Below are positions 1 to 11,056 of a stretch of 47,746 nucleotides of DNA, piece by piece. Both the position numbers and the translations under genes were made by a program. Origin of the DNA: Bacteroidia bacterium (GTDB lineage Bacteria > Bacteroidota > Bacteroidia > Bacteroidales > VadinHA17); the NCBI GenBank assembly GCA_026391215.1, contig JAPLDX010000091.1, positions 1 to 47,746 on the forward strand, read 5' to 3'. The notes below the pieces were generated by a model, which saw nothing but the letters and a program-made list of their open reading frames with translations, did no database searches and was not told where the DNA came from. The number at the start of each line of letters is the position of its first letter. The first letter of the stretch is position 1.

Positions 1-633
1 AAGCATATTGCCAAGGATTGCTGCCGTATAATCTGATCCTTCCCTGCCAAGTGTCGTTGAATGTCCGTTAGTTGTACCGCCAATGAAACCCTGTGTTACA
101 TAAACCAGTGATTTTCTAAAATCAAAAACAGATTTGATCACAGTGAAGCTATCCTCCCATAGAATATTGGCATCCCTGTACCTTTCATCGGTCAGCAGGT
201 AATCACGGATATCAATCCATTCAGCATTGATACCAGTTTTCTTAAGAAATTCAGCAATTATTATTGTCGACCATATTTCACCATATGAAACAATCTGGTC
301 ATATTCAAAATCATATCCTGATTGTGTTGCATCTTTCAGATACTTTTTAAGCCTTGCAAATGAGTCGTCTATTTTACTTTTTGCAGTATTTTCTGATATA
401 AAAAGCTCCTCAGTAACGGATGCGTGATAACTGTATATATCATCAAGATGATCCTTATAATTTTTATCGCCTGCCAGCCATGTTTTCAGTACTTTTTCAA
501 GTGCATTTGTCGTTTTCCCGAATGCCGAAACAACAATTACAAGGTTGTCATGTTCACCTGCAACTATTTTAGCGAGGTTGCTTATTCCTGCAGCATCCTT
601 TACAGAGGCACCTCCGAATTTAAATACCTTCAT
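1..633 (-). CDS. lysC: Aspartate kinase, 5' part (runs off the left edge of the window; missing from the ORF track)
   Basis: Manual translation from the ATG at 633 gives MKVFKFGGAS, and the left end reads VYVTQGFIGGTTNGHSTTLGREGSDYTAAILGNML. KFGG and TLGRxGSDYTA are aspartokinase motifs. Confidence 0.93.
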   Translation of the reverse strand, partial: MKVFKFGGASVKDAAGISNLAKIVAGEHDNLVIVVSAFGKTTNALEKVLKTWLAGDKNYKDHLDDIYSYHASVTEELFISENTAKSKIDDSFARLKKYLKDATQSGYDFEYDQIVSYGEIWSTIIIAEFLKKTGINAEWIDIRDYLLTDERYRDANILWEDSFTVIKSVFDFRKSLVYVTQGFIGGTTNGHSTTLGREGSDYTAAILGNML

Positions 634-718
634 AAAACAGAATTTGCGGTAAAATTAGGATTCCGGTTTAGAATTCAATTCTATTCTAATGGATTTTTTA
701 CCACAAAGAACACATAGA

Positions 719-3121
719 TCACTCATACCTCAATGCTTCAATCGGATTTCTTGTTGCTGCCCGCCAGCTTTGCCAGCTGACAGTTATCAGAGCTATACCG
801 ATAGCAATTACTCCTGAAAGTACAAAAATCCACCAGCTGATTTCTGTCCTGTATGCGTAGTTTTGAAGCCATTTATTCATAACGTACCAGGCAACGGGAG
901 CAGCAATCACAATTGCAATCACGACCCATTTCACAAAGTCTTTATTCAATAAACCCAGCACCTGGACTATTCTGGCGCCATTTGTTTTGCGGATCCCTAT
1001 TTCCTTTGTGCGCCGGGTAATTGAATAAGCAGATAACCCTGATAAGCCGAGACAGGCAATGATTATTGCCAGTATAGAACTTGCAAGGAATAATCCGCTA
1101 AAACGCTGTTCTCCCAGGTATTGTTCATCATAGAAATCGTCCAGGAAAAAATAATTAAAAGGATTTCCCGGGTAGTGTTCAATCCATATCTTCTCTAATT
1201 CCGGGATAAGCTGATCTATACCAGCCATATTTACTTTAATGGTATAGAAAGTATTTGCAGGCTGATTGAAGAATGTAATTGGACTGGGCAGCTCTTTTAA
1301 TGATTGCTGATTAAAATCATTGATAACAGCCTTTATGGATACTTCCTGGCTGCCTCCTCTCAGGATTTTTCCAACAGTGCTCTCTGCATCTTTAAAGTCA
1401 TAATATGTAAGTGCTGATTCATTTAATATAATATTATTGGATTCCTCCATAAAGGCTGCACCAAAATTTCCCCCTGCCAGTATAGTCAGTCCATAAGTAC
1501 TAAAGAACTGATTATCAACATAATAAGCATCTATTCTTTTTTCGGTATTACGTCCCTCAACAGGAATCCCAAAAACACGCGAGTTTTTGATTTCTGTCCC
1601 GGGCACATTAGATGAGGCTGTGATGTTACTGACCATAGACTGGGCTTTTATGTCATTTTTGAAAGATTCCAGGCTGTTCATGTATGATTCAAATGTGTTG
1701 GCCTTGATTATCCTGGGACCATCAATAACCAATAATCCTTCCTTATCAAAACCCAGATCATGATTGAGCATGAAATTAACCTGACGATAAATAGTAATTG
1801 TGCAAATGATCAGAATAACAGAAATTGTAAACTGGAAAACAACAAGAAAATTCTTAAGCCTGCTTATCCACACGGAACCTGTTGGATTTTTCCCTTTTAA
1901 TACCAAGCTGGGAGTAAATCGTGAAATATATATTGCAGGCAATAATCCTGTGAATAAGGATCCTGCAACAAGCAATAGAACAAATAGGAGCAGTACAATC
2001 AGGTAATTGATCTGAAGCGGGCTTTGCATAACCTGCTTAAAGAAAGGAAGTAAGAGCAAGACGCTGGAAAGACTTACAACCAACGCAAGAAGGTTCAGTA
2101 ACACTGACTCTGTCAGGAACTGGAAAATAAGGTCTTTCTTCAATGCTCCTGATACTTTGCGGATTCCTACTTCATGAGTTCTTTCTATTGAACGTGATGT
2201 CGCCAGATTGATATAATTTATAAAAGCAATCAATAATACAAGGCAGGCAATAATACCAAGTGAAACCACATTACGATAACTACCATTGACTTCTAATTCG
2301 TTACTGACAGATGAATGTAAATGAATGTCTGTAAGTTTTACCAATCTATATTCAAGCAGGAAGAAAGCTTCCTTCATAAATTTTCCGATGAAGGTTTCAG
2401 GTATCTGGGGCAACTTTGCCTGTAATGCTTCAGGATCTGCTCCAGGAGCCAGAAGAATATAAGAATATACCGTTTCACTCACCCAGTAACTATCCCAATA
2501 TTGTGAGTTCTTTATTAGATTCTCATATGAAAGGAGAATATCAAACTTTAAATGAGAATTTCCAGGTATTGATTTTACGATTCCAGCCACCTCAAAATCA
2601 CTTGCACCGTCAAGAGTGATCATTTTTCCCATCGGATTTTCGTCACCAAAATATTTCCGGGCGGTTTCTTCTGTAATTACAGCATGATTAATAGCAAGAA
2701 GGCTGGAATCAGCTTTCCCCTCTAACAGCGGAAATGAAAAGAGATCAAAAAAAGATGACTGTGCAAATAAGATATTTTTTTCCTTAAAGGTTTTATCCCC
2801 ATATTTTACAAGACTTTCAGTTCGATAAAAACGTGTATAACCTTCAACTTCAGGGAACATATTCTTTATTTCCTTCCCAACGCCGGTTGATCCTGACGCA
2901 GAATGCTGTTCAAGAATACCTTCTTCGTATAAAAGATAATCAACCCTGTATATGTTATTGGCATTTTCATGAAACTTGTCGTACGAAGTCTCTGCTTTTA
3001 TCCATAGCACAATAAGGATAAACGCAGTAATTCCGATGGTTAATCCTAAAAGGTTAATAAAAAAATACCCCTTGTTTAACATCAGGTTCCTGATGGTCAA
3101 TTTTAAGTAGTTTCTGAACAT
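719..3121 (-). CDS. ABC transporter permease, MacB/FtsX family (duplicated MacB_PCD + FtsX domains, no NBD); last gene of the array
   Basis: 800 aa. N-terminal INLLGLTIG TM, SYDKFH motif, two RxxEVGIRKxxGA FtsX loops, C-terminus SWQSWRAATRNPIEALRYE. Confidence 0.93.
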   Translation of the reverse strand: MFRNYLKLTIRNLMLNKGYFFINLLGLTIGITAFILIVLWIKAETSYDKFHENANNIYRVDYLLYEEGILEQHSASGSTGVGKEIKNMFPEVEGYTRFYRTESLVKYGDKTFKEKNILFAQSSFFDLFSFPLLEGKADSSLLAINHAVITEETARKYFGDENPMGKMITLDGASDFEVAGIVKSIPGNSHLKFDILLSYENLIKNSQYWDSYWVSETVYSYILLAPGADPEALQAKLPQIPETFIGKFMKEAFFLLEYRLVKLTDIHLHSSVSNELEVNGSYRNVVSLGIIACLVLLIAFINYINLATSRSIERTHEVGIRKVSGALKKDLIFQFLTESVLLNLLALVVSLSSVLLLLPFFKQVMQSPLQINYLIVLLLFVLLLVAGSLFTGLLPAIYISRFTPSLVLKGKNPTGSVWISRLKNFLVVFQFTISVILIICTITIYRQVNFMLNHDLGFDKEGLLVIDGPRIIKANTFESYMNSLESFKNDIKAQSMVSNITASSNVPGTEIKNSRVFGIPVEGRNTEKRIDAYYVDNQFFSTYGLTILAGGNFGAAFMEESNNIILNESALTYYDFKDAESTVGKILRGGSQEVSIKAVINDFNQQSLKELPSPITFFNQPANTFYTIKVNMAGIDQLIPELEKIWIEHYPGNPFNYFFLDDFYDEQYLGEQRFSGLFLASSILAIIIACLGLSGLSAYSITRRTKEIGIRKTNGARIVQVLGLLNKDFVKWVVIAIVIAAPVAWYVMNKWLQNYAYRTEISWWIFVLSGVIAIGIALITVSWQSWRAATRNPIEALRYE

Positions 3122-3157
3122 GGTTTTCTTTAATGATTATTAAAGGTACCACCTTTT

Positions 3158-5566
3158 CTATTCATAGCGTAATGCTTCAACCGGATTTCTTGTCGCTGCC
3201 CGCCAGCTTTGCCAGCTGACTGTTGCCAGCGCAATAATAAGAGCCAGTAAACCAGCCAGGACAAAAATCCACCAGCTTAATTCAGTTTTGTAAATAAAGT
3301 TCTGAAGCCATTTGTGCATTACATACCATGCGACCGGAGATGCAATGAGAAATGCGACCACAACCCATATTATGAATTCCTTATTAAGTAAAATCAATAT
3401 TTCTGAACCTTTTGCGCCGGACACTCGCCTTATTCCTATTTCCTTGGTACGACGGTCAATTGAAAACACAGCCATTCCAAGTATTCCAAGAATGGAAATT
3501 ACTATTGCCAGGATTCCAAAAGCAAGTGTAATGTTTTTTAATCGTGTTTCAGCCTGGTATGTTTCGTCAAGCAGATCATCAAAAAATGAATAGGAAAGCT
3601 CCCTGTCGTCCCTGTTCTTTTTATATATGTCACGGATATAATTAAGAGTTTCAGTAGTATTCCCTGGTGCAATGCGTACATTCATCGTCTGAATGGCTTC
3701 AGGATTGTTTGACAAAACAACAGGTTCTATAGCATAATGCAATGATCTGAAATGAAAATCTTTAACTACTCCGACAATCACATTTGTCCCTGTTCTTTGC
3801 CCGATCGGATCTTCAAAGCCAAGCATCTTCTCAGCGGTTTCGTTTATTACTATCGGGATAGATACAGCATATTCTTTATCTTCTTTCTTGCTCTTTCTTG
3901 CTTTGTCGAATTCTTCCCAATAAGCATCGGAACTCATTTGCAAAAACTGACCTTTTTTTATTTCAAGCTTATATGTTTTTTCAAAGTCTTCATCAACAAA
4001 AAAATGATTGACCTGAAGCGTATCCATACTCCCCTGGTGACTCAAAGGAAGCCCGCTTTTGAATCCGCCATATATTGGTGCGGAGGTGCTTGCAGACACA
4101 CTTAATATCCTTGGATTTCGAAGTAATTCCTCCTTAAATTCTTTATTGTCATACCATAAACCGGTAGGAATAACAACAACATTTTTATAATCAATACCAA
4201 GGTCCTTATTATGAATGTAGTTTAATTGCCTGATAAACAGTATAGTTGCAATAACAATGAAAATTGCTATTGTAAACTGAACTGTTACAAGCACCCTGAT
4301 AAAATTACTTCTTGAACCTGATAATGAGCCTCTTCTGAAGATCCCAACCGGACTAAACGATGACAGATAAACTGCCGGATAAATGCCTGAAATAATACCT
4401 ACCATCAGGGTCAGCAGGAACAGGTTAATAATCAGTCCAGGTCGAAAATTAAAGACCAGCTCTTTCGAGGAAATAGTGTTAAACCAGGGAAGAATGAACC
4501 ATACAACAATGAGCGCTGCGATGGTTGCCGCAAAAGTTTGAATAACAGATTCGAGCATAAATTGTTTGAAGATGCTTATCCTGCTCCCGCCGTTTGTTTT
4601 CCTGATACCTATTTCAACAGAACGTTCCGAAGCCCTGGCTACAGATAAGGTCGAGAAGTTTAATGAAGCCATAAGAATTATGAGGAATGCAAGTCCTGAG
4701 AAGATCCATACATACTTATAACTTCCCGGATTCTTAGTATAATAATCATTTGAATAATCTGAATAGAGATGGATATCAGCAAGAGGCTGAAATACCAGCT
4801 TGTCGGTAAGCTTCGAATACCGGCTGATATGATTTGATATTGCCTTCAGAAACTGGCCATCTACCTGAGCATCCTTTCTGAGCTTGATATATACTCTCAC
4901 AAAGCCCCTGTCTCCCCAGTTATTTGAATAAAGTGAATGACGATTGTTTTTATCTGATTGTATAAATCCAAAATCAATATGACTTTGTTCAGGGATGCGG
5001 ATAACACCACTTACCTTGTACACTTCCCGGCCGAATTTATCACTGATCACTGTTTTCCCTGAAGCAGATTCATTTCCGAATAATCTTTTTGCTGTCTTTT
5101 CCGAAAGAACGATGTTATCGGGATTTGTAAAAGCTCCCTCAGAAGAACCTTCCAAAAACCTGAATCCTCCGAAAACCTTAAAAAAGTCTTCATTGGTCCA
5201 GCACATCCTGGCTTCAATTTTATCTCCTCCTGATTCCAGTTTCAATGGAGAGTCTTCTGAACTGTAATCTATATATGTAGCAGCCTCTATCTGATCATAA
5301 TCCATTTTCATAGTTTCAGCTACAGGACGATAACACATGGGCGATTTTATTATTTCCTTTCCTTGTTTCGATAAAGTAAGTACACGGAATATCCTCCGGA
5401 AATCGGGATGGAACTTATCATAGCTGAATTCGTTATAAACCCACAGGTATATTAAAAGACTGGCTGCGATACCAATAGTAAAGCCCGTAAAAGTGATTAT
5501 TGAATAGACAGGTTTCCGGGACATATTACGTAATACTATTTTTAAATAGTTACTCATTGGCATCAC
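3158..5566 (-). CDS. ABC transporter permease, MacB/FtsX family
   Basis: 802 aa with the same architecture (SYDKFH, EIGIRKTNGG, VGVVKDFHFRSLH, RRTKEIGIRR, NPVEALRYE). Exact start codon uncertain (three nearby Met). Confidence 0.93.
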   Translation of the reverse strand: MMPMSNYLKIVLRNMSRKPVYSIITFTGFTIGIAASLLIYLWVYNEFSYDKFHPDFRRIFRVLTLSKQGKEIIKSPMCYRPVAETMKMDYDQIEAATYIDYSSEDSPLKLESGGDKIEARMCWTNEDFFKVFGGFRFLEGSSEGAFTNPDNIVLSEKTAKRLFGNESASGKTVISDKFGREVYKVSGVIRIPEQSHIDFGFIQSDKNNRHSLYSNNWGDRGFVRVYIKLRKDAQVDGQFLKAISNHISRYSKLTDKLVFQPLADIHLYSDYSNDYYTKNPGSYKYVWIFSGLAFLIILMASLNFSTLSVARASERSVEIGIRKTNGGSRISIFKQFMLESVIQTFAATIAALIVVWFILPWFNTISSKELVFNFRPGLIINLFLLTLMVGIISGIYPAVYLSSFSPVGIFRRGSLSGSRSNFIRVLVTVQFTIAIFIVIATILFIRQLNYIHNKDLGIDYKNVVVIPTGLWYDNKEFKEELLRNPRILSVSASTSAPIYGGFKSGLPLSHQGSMDTLQVNHFFVDEDFEKTYKLEIKKGQFLQMSSDAYWEEFDKARKSKKEDKEYAVSIPIVINETAEKMLGFEDPIGQRTGTNVIVGVVKDFHFRSLHYAIEPVVLSNNPEAIQTMNVRIAPGNTTETLNYIRDIYKKNRDDRELSYSFFDDLLDETYQAETRLKNITLAFGILAIVISILGILGMAVFSIDRRTKEIGIRRVSGAKGSEILILLNKEFIIWVVVAFLIASPVAWYVMHKWLQNFIYKTELSWWIFVLAGLLALIIALATVSWQSWRAATRNPVEALRYE

Positions 5567-5568
5567 AT

Positions 5569-7092
5569 TTATTTGATTATCATAAGTATATCTTCATTGT
5601 CCGCGACTGAAACCGCCAGCTTTTCCAGTTCTTCTTTTTTTTCTGAGGGGGCTCGAGAAAGCTTAAATTCATTCGATTTTATCCGTTCCTTCAGTTCACT
5701 TCCCTTCATAGGGAACATAATCTCACCATTTTGACTTATCATATATGACAGGGGCCACACCGGGACTCCGCCATCAATATTATTTTCCAGAATTTCAGGG
5801 GAATAATTTAAAGGATCACCTTTAATGATTGTTAACAGGCGGTTCAGTTTTGAATAGATAGCATGATAGATTTTAACCGTTTTGTTTTTTCTGGTATCAG
5901 GACAATCATAATCATCTTTTGTGAAAGTCAGGAAGATATAATTCTCTGTCTCAGCCCAATCTTCCGGAATGATTCTTCCTGTAAGGTCAAAGCCGGGATC
6001 AACACCTTCCTGCCTTGAGACTTTATATTCACCAAGTTCAAGCACATAAACAGGTATCATACGATTTGGCGGACTAATCCTGAAAACCGTATCGTTGAAA
6101 GCGGGACGATAGAAAAACCTTCCACCCGATTCATAATTTGTGCCGCCATCGGTGCCCCTCTGCATAATTTTTGTATAGTTAACCAGCTTTTCAAGGCGGG
6201 TAAATTCTGATAATGTATCTCCAAGGTTGTTAAGAACAATCAGCATGTTTTCACCACGAGCGGGAAGGATATATGAATCATGATCGAGCAAATAAGTACC
6301 TAAATCCATAAAAAAACCTTCAGGTGAACCGCCGAACATCCCCTGGTGTTTTCGGGGAGGTGGCGGAACAGTGTTCCCATGATTCAGATCAATAGCAATT
6401 TCACCCAAGCCGGAAATCTGATCCGGATTTTCAGGATCAAATTTGTATTCAGGCTTCAGCTGAACAGAGGAACAGTCATATTTCATTAAATATTTCTGCC
6501 CGGTAATATTATTACTGTAATAATAAAACAAATTGTCGCCGTCAGCCTGAACAGAAAATCCTCCACCCTTCAGATAATAATCGTTCCGGAATAGTAACCT
6601 GTCCGCATCAACCATTACTCCGCTCATTTCATTTTTTACAATTGAACGCAGGTATTTGCCTGATTTTGAATACAGATGAATCCCATACAGATTAAGAGCA
6701 ACTATATAGTTGTCCATAATGTAATATTTGAATTTCAGATCCTTTGGTATTGTTGAATCAGGGACAGGTTCTATTCTTACATATGAGATCGTTGAGGCTA
6801 CATCCGATAATTTTATTTCACTTATATTGTTCAGGCTCCCGGCAATATCAATATTTAAAGGTGTATGTTTTGGATCAACAGATCTGTCTTCTTTAAAATG
6901 AAGTCCATTCGAAAGCCTGTTCAATGAATCTGATAATTGTTTTTCCCGGGCAGCTTTCTCTGTCTCATTTTTTTCCTGAAGAAGGATTTGATTTACCAGT
7001 TCCTGTTCATTGGTTTGAAGACGGTTACGGTGACATGACAGATTTATGATCAGTACCAGAAAGATTATTGATATTATTAATGAGTTTCTCAT
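5569..7092 (-). CDS. Lipoprotein, probable DUF4934 / 6-bladed beta-propeller type
   Basis: 507 aa. Hydrophobic signal ending NLSC (lipobox); IKLSDVASTISYVRIE, NDTVFRI and NNIDGGVPVWP motifs typical of these Bacteroidales lipoproteins. Family assignment is from recollection only. Confidence 0.7.
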   Translation of the reverse strand: MRNSLIISIIFLVLIINLSCHRNRLQTNEQELVNQILLQEKNETEKAAREKQLSDSLNRLSNGLHFKEDRSVDPKHTPLNIDIAGSLNNISEIKLSDVASTISYVRIEPVPDSTIPKDLKFKYYIMDNYIVALNLYGIHLYSKSGKYLRSIVKNEMSGVMVDADRLLFRNDYYLKGGGFSVQADGDNLFYYYSNNITGQKYLMKYDCSSVQLKPEYKFDPENPDQISGLGEIAIDLNHGNTVPPPPRKHQGMFGGSPEGFFMDLGTYLLDHDSYILPARGENMLIVLNNLGDTLSEFTRLEKLVNYTKIMQRGTDGGTNYESGGRFFYRPAFNDTVFRISPPNRMIPVYVLELGEYKVSRQEGVDPGFDLTGRIIPEDWAETENYIFLTFTKDDYDCPDTRKNKTVKIYHAIYSKLNRLLTIIKGDPLNYSPEILENNIDGGVPVWPLSYMISQNGEIMFPMKGSELKERIKSNEFKLSRAPSEKKEELEKLAVSVADNEDILMIIK

Positions 7093-8588
7093 TTTACGAT
7101 CATAATAACCATATCTGTATTTTTCAATCCTGATGCCATTGAAAGATGCTTTCTCCGGTTTTCATCAGAAATAGCTGCTGCCTTAAATTCTTCAGAGTTT
7201 ACGAAATCCTTTATTATTTTCCCGGAAATAAGTTTCATCATTTCTCCATCAGGAGTTATAAAATCAGGCCAGAAACGCATACCTCCATCTATATCGTTTA
7301 CTATTCCTTCAGGGTATAAAGTAAAACCGGGCTGATGCAACATTTTCCCCCATTTCTTATCAAACAGGACATTATAGAACCTTACTGCATTCTTTTTTAT
7401 ATTATCAGGGGAATCATTATTCTGTGTGTATCTGATAAACAAAAAATTTGTTGTCTCATGAAGCGACATTAACATCAATTTCTGAGACAGGTCAAAATCA
7501 GGATCTAATGCATCACTGAAACTGACAGTAAGTTCACCAAAACTAATCACATAAACAGGTAGTAACCTTTCAGGCTCAATCAGCCTGAAGACAGTGTCAT
7601 TATATTCAGGTTTAATGGTCAGTAATCCTTCAGATTGATAGGTTATCAGATCAACAGGACGCCGATACACGCTCTTTGTAAAATCTACAATCCGCTCATA
7701 ATCAGTAAATTTACATATAGTATCGCCTGAGTTGTTATATGTGATAAGCATTGTTCCGGATTTACCTGAATTCCATTTGCTGTTTATGCCTGCCCAGGAA
7801 TCAGGACCAATACCAAATATTCTTTCAGGTTGATCAATGGGAAAATTGCCTGAAGTTATTAAAGTATCGCCAGGAATGCTTTGTTGCCCTGGTATTTCAG
7901 CCTGAGATTGAACAGGAGTACTTTTACCGGTACCAATTTTGTATTTCATTACCTGTCCTGTTCCGGCAGTTCCGTCATGGAATTCATAATAAAGATCCCC
8001 ATTTGTAAGATTAACGGGAATATGAGGCGGCACTCCAAAGAAATCATTCCCTCCATAGGAAACCATTTTACCGTAAAAATTTATTCCGGTTTTGTTTTCC
8101 CAGATTGTTTCCTGATATATACCCTGCATATTATATCTTATCACTCCGTACAATCCCTGGAAAATAATCTGTTCATCATCAGACCTTATCGTGGACATAA
8201 GTTCATCCCGGTAAAAAAAATGATCATAAAGAAGGATCGTATCCGGAGGCGTTTCGAGTTTCACATATCTTATTTCAGAAGCCACATCTGAAAGCTTTAA
8301 TGCACGGGAGCTGTTTAGTGTTCCGGGAATATCAATCCGTAAGGGCGGATTCTGAGTATCTGGTAACCGGTTTTCTTTTTTTCGCAGTCCGTATGAACTT
8401 TTCTTACCATAATTATCAGGATCATTGTTAAGGTTATTCTTCTCTTTCTCAGCTTTAGCCTTCTCACTGATCATAATCTCTTCAGCAAGTTCTTTTTCAT
8501 TTGTCTTTAGCCTATTGTGCCGACAGGAATTGCTAAAGAACATAATTACTCCCATCAGCATCAATATTAAAGGACTTCTCATTTTCAA
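7089..8588 (-). CDS. Lipoprotein, paralog of 5569-7092 (probable DUF4934 / beta-propeller)
   Basis: 499 aa. Signal ending NSC, then RHNRLKTNEKEL (paralog: HRNRLQTNEQEL), LKLSDVASEIRYVKLE, NDTVFRL, NDIDGGMRFWP. Its stop overlaps the next start (ATGA). Confidence 0.7.
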   Translation of the reverse strand: MKMRSPLILMLMGVIMFFSNSCRHNRLKTNEKELAEEIMISEKAKAEKEKNNLNNDPDNYGKKSSYGLRKKENRLPDTQNPPLRIDIPGTLNSSRALKLSDVASEIRYVKLETPPDTILLYDHFFYRDELMSTIRSDDEQIIFQGLYGVIRYNMQGIYQETIWENKTGINFYGKMVSYGGNDFFGVPPHIPVNLTNGDLYYEFHDGTAGTGQVMKYKIGTGKSTPVQSQAEIPGQQSIPGDTLITSGNFPIDQPERIFGIGPDSWAGINSKWNSGKSGTMLITYNNSGDTICKFTDYERIVDFTKSVYRRPVDLITYQSEGLLTIKPEYNDTVFRLIEPERLLPVYVISFGELTVSFSDALDPDFDLSQKLMLMSLHETTNFLFIRYTQNNDSPDNIKKNAVRFYNVLFDKKWGKMLHQPGFTLYPEGIVNDIDGGMRFWPDFITPDGEMMKLISGKIIKDFVNSEEFKAAAISDENRRKHLSMASGLKNTDMVIMIVK

Positions 8589-8608
8589 ATTATATCATTT
8601 TCAAATAC

Positions 8609-11011
8609 TTATTCGTATCGTAATGCTTCAACAGGGTTTCTTGTTGCTGCCCGCCAGCTTTGCCAGCTGACTGTTAATAATGCTATTAACAGGGTGATTA
8701 AGACGGCTATGGCAAAAATCCACCAGCTCAGTTCTGTCCTGTAGGCAAAATTCTTCAACCATAAATGCATTACATACCATGTAACCGGGGTGGCAACAAT
8801 AAATCCGATAACAATCCATATTACATAATCTCTGTTAAGCATTATTAATAGTTCATTTATCCTGGCCCCGTTGACTTTACGGATACCAATCTCCTTTGTT
8901 CGGGTGACTGACATCATCATTACCAGGCCAAAAAGTGATAGACTGACAATAATAATTGCCATTATACTGAATAAGATGAAACACTTGAAAAGCTGAATAT
9001 GAGATTTGTACTGGGCATTAAAGAACTCATCGAGGAAATAATATTCAAAATACTGACCCTCGAAATACTTCCTGAATTCTGAAGTTACATTCAAAACAAT
9101 CTCATGTATGTTTTTACTATGAATTTTTATGAATATAAAATAACCACCCTGGTCGCAATTATAAATGGTTGGCTTTATTTCCTGGTCGAGTGAATTCTGA
9201 AAATATCCATCTATCACTCCTACTATTTCTCCTATTTCCTGCTGTGGATCAGAATCCAGGTCAATAAGTGTTTTACCTATAATATTTTTATAATCATCTT
9301 CCCCAAAAGCGAGGGCAGCTTCTTTATTCAAAATCAGATGCCGCGGACCTCCAGTCCAGTTATTTTCATCACTGAAAAATTGCCGACCTGCAAGAAGCCT
9401 GACATTGAAAAACTGAAAAAAATCCGGAGCCACATCTGCCTGGAAGAACTGGTAATCCAGCCGGTCTTTCCCTTTTATTGAAATTCCTCCTTTGACCCAG
9501 GTGTTTTTTTCTCCGGGGGAAATTGTTGAAAATGTAAAATCCGTTATTCCCGGAATTTTTAGCAGACTCTCCTGGAAAGAAGTCTGTGAGGAATTAAATT
9601 CACGGGCAACCGGTCTTCTTACAACAAGTACCTGATCTATATCCATCGTAAAAGCATCCCGTTGCATGTAGCTTATCTGTTTCATAACCACTATCGTACT
9701 TCCGATAAGAATAATGGTGATAATGAATTGTACCACAAGGAGAAATTTTCGGGAGCGCTTTTTATTCTTCAGGATAAAGTCTTTCTTGATAAATGAGACA
9801 GGTGAAACATTTAAAGTCCTGATACCCAGTAAAAATCCCACTCCAAGACTCAGGAATATCAATAAACATGACGGAAGTAACCATGTATTAACCTGAAAAG
9901 CTGTTGCCAGCGTAAAATCGAGGTCTAATAAATTTCTAAAAAATGGAAAAAAGAGAAACAATAGTAAAAAGGCTAAAAAAAGGCTGAGTAAACCTGTCAG
10001 AACAGCTTCAGTTGTGAATTCGCCAATGATATTCCTGTTTGTGGCTCCATTTACGATCCTTATCCCTATTCCATTTATTCGTCTTGCTGTAATTGAAGAG
10101 TACAGATTTAGGTAGTTAAGGCCGGCGCTGAGAAGTATTAATAAGGCAATTGCCAGTAATATGGATAAGTATTTATTGTTCCCATTGGTTTCATGCTCAA
10201 AACGGTAATTGGAATGCAGATGGATACCCGTAATCGGTTGAAGGTGAAACTCGATGGGAAAATCTATTGTAACTCCCCTAGAAATAAAATTCTCCTTAGC
10301 CAGGGTTGTGATTTCCTCTGCAATTTTCACAGGATCGGCTCCTTCCTTTAGAAGGAAATAAGTATTAGTATTATTACAGCTATAACAATAAGAATTGTTG
10401 GTAATAGTCGATAAAGAAATAACCAGGTCAAACTTCAGATGGGAGTTTTTGGGTACATCTTTTATCACGCCCTGAACAAGCACTGGTTTTCTTCCGGGAT
10501 TCACTCCATAAATTGTTTTACCCACAGGATTTTCGTTCCCAAAGTATTTCCTGGCAAGCGATTCAGTTATGACTGTAACATCAGGTTGGCGAAGAAAGGT
10601 TTTTTTGTCACCGGATATAACAGAATGAGAGAAAAGATCGAAGAATGAACTATCGGCAAAAAGAGTCCCTTCCTCTTTATACATCTCCTCGCCTGCCTCA
10701 ATGTACTGAGTCACTTTCTTGCAACGACAGAAATTTTCGATCTCCGGGATTTTCTCCAATGCAATTTGCCCGACATAATAATTATTCCCGACACTTTTAT
10801 CCAGGCCGGTCTTATAATATCTGTATAAGACCAGACGTTGCAAACGCCCTGCATTTTCAAAGAATCTATCATAGCTCTTTTCAAACCTGATATATTGAAA
10901 GATAAGCAGTACAGCCATCATTCCAATTGCCAGACCAAGTATATTAATGAAGCTTATGCCCTTATTTTTCAGGATATCTCTGAAAGCCAGCCGGATGTTC
11001 TTAAAGATCAT
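8609..11011 (-). CDS. ABC transporter permease, MacB/FtsX family
   Basis: 800 aa. INILGLAIG, EKSYDRF, RTKEIGIRKVNGA, SWQSWRAATRNPVEALRYE. Confidence 0.93.
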   Translation of the reverse strand: MIFKNIRLAFRDILKNKGISFINILGLAIGMMAVLLIFQYIRFEKSYDRFFENAGRLQRLVLYRYYKTGLDKSVGNNYYVGQIALEKIPEIENFCRCKKVTQYIEAGEEMYKEEGTLFADSSFFDLFSHSVISGDKKTFLRQPDVTVITESLARKYFGNENPVGKTIYGVNPGRKPVLVQGVIKDVPKNSHLKFDLVISLSTITNNSYCYSCNNTNTYFLLKEGADPVKIAEEITTLAKENFISRGVTIDFPIEFHLQPITGIHLHSNYRFEHETNGNNKYLSILLAIALLILLSAGLNYLNLYSSITARRINGIGIRIVNGATNRNIIGEFTTEAVLTGLLSLFLAFLLLFLFFPFFRNLLDLDFTLATAFQVNTWLLPSCLLIFLSLGVGFLLGIRTLNVSPVSFIKKDFILKNKKRSRKFLLVVQFIITIILIGSTIVVMKQISYMQRDAFTMDIDQVLVVRRPVAREFNSSQTSFQESLLKIPGITDFTFSTISPGEKNTWVKGGISIKGKDRLDYQFFQADVAPDFFQFFNVRLLAGRQFFSDENNWTGGPRHLILNKEAALAFGEDDYKNIIGKTLIDLDSDPQQEIGEIVGVIDGYFQNSLDQEIKPTIYNCDQGGYFIFIKIHSKNIHEIVLNVTSEFRKYFEGQYFEYYFLDEFFNAQYKSHIQLFKCFILFSIMAIIIVSLSLFGLVMMMSVTRTKEIGIRKVNGARINELLIMLNRDYVIWIVIGFIVATPVTWYVMHLWLKNFAYRTELSWWIFAIAVLITLLIALLTVSWQSWRAATRNPVEALRYE

Positions 11012-11056
11012 ATACTATTTCAAATTATCAAATTTCTAATGGCAACGTATATTGAA

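Noticed and set aside
227-717. Plus-strand ORFs 227-427 and 424-717
   Set aside because: They are antisense shadows of the aspartate kinase gene. The other short track ORFs overlapping long genes were rejected for the same reason.
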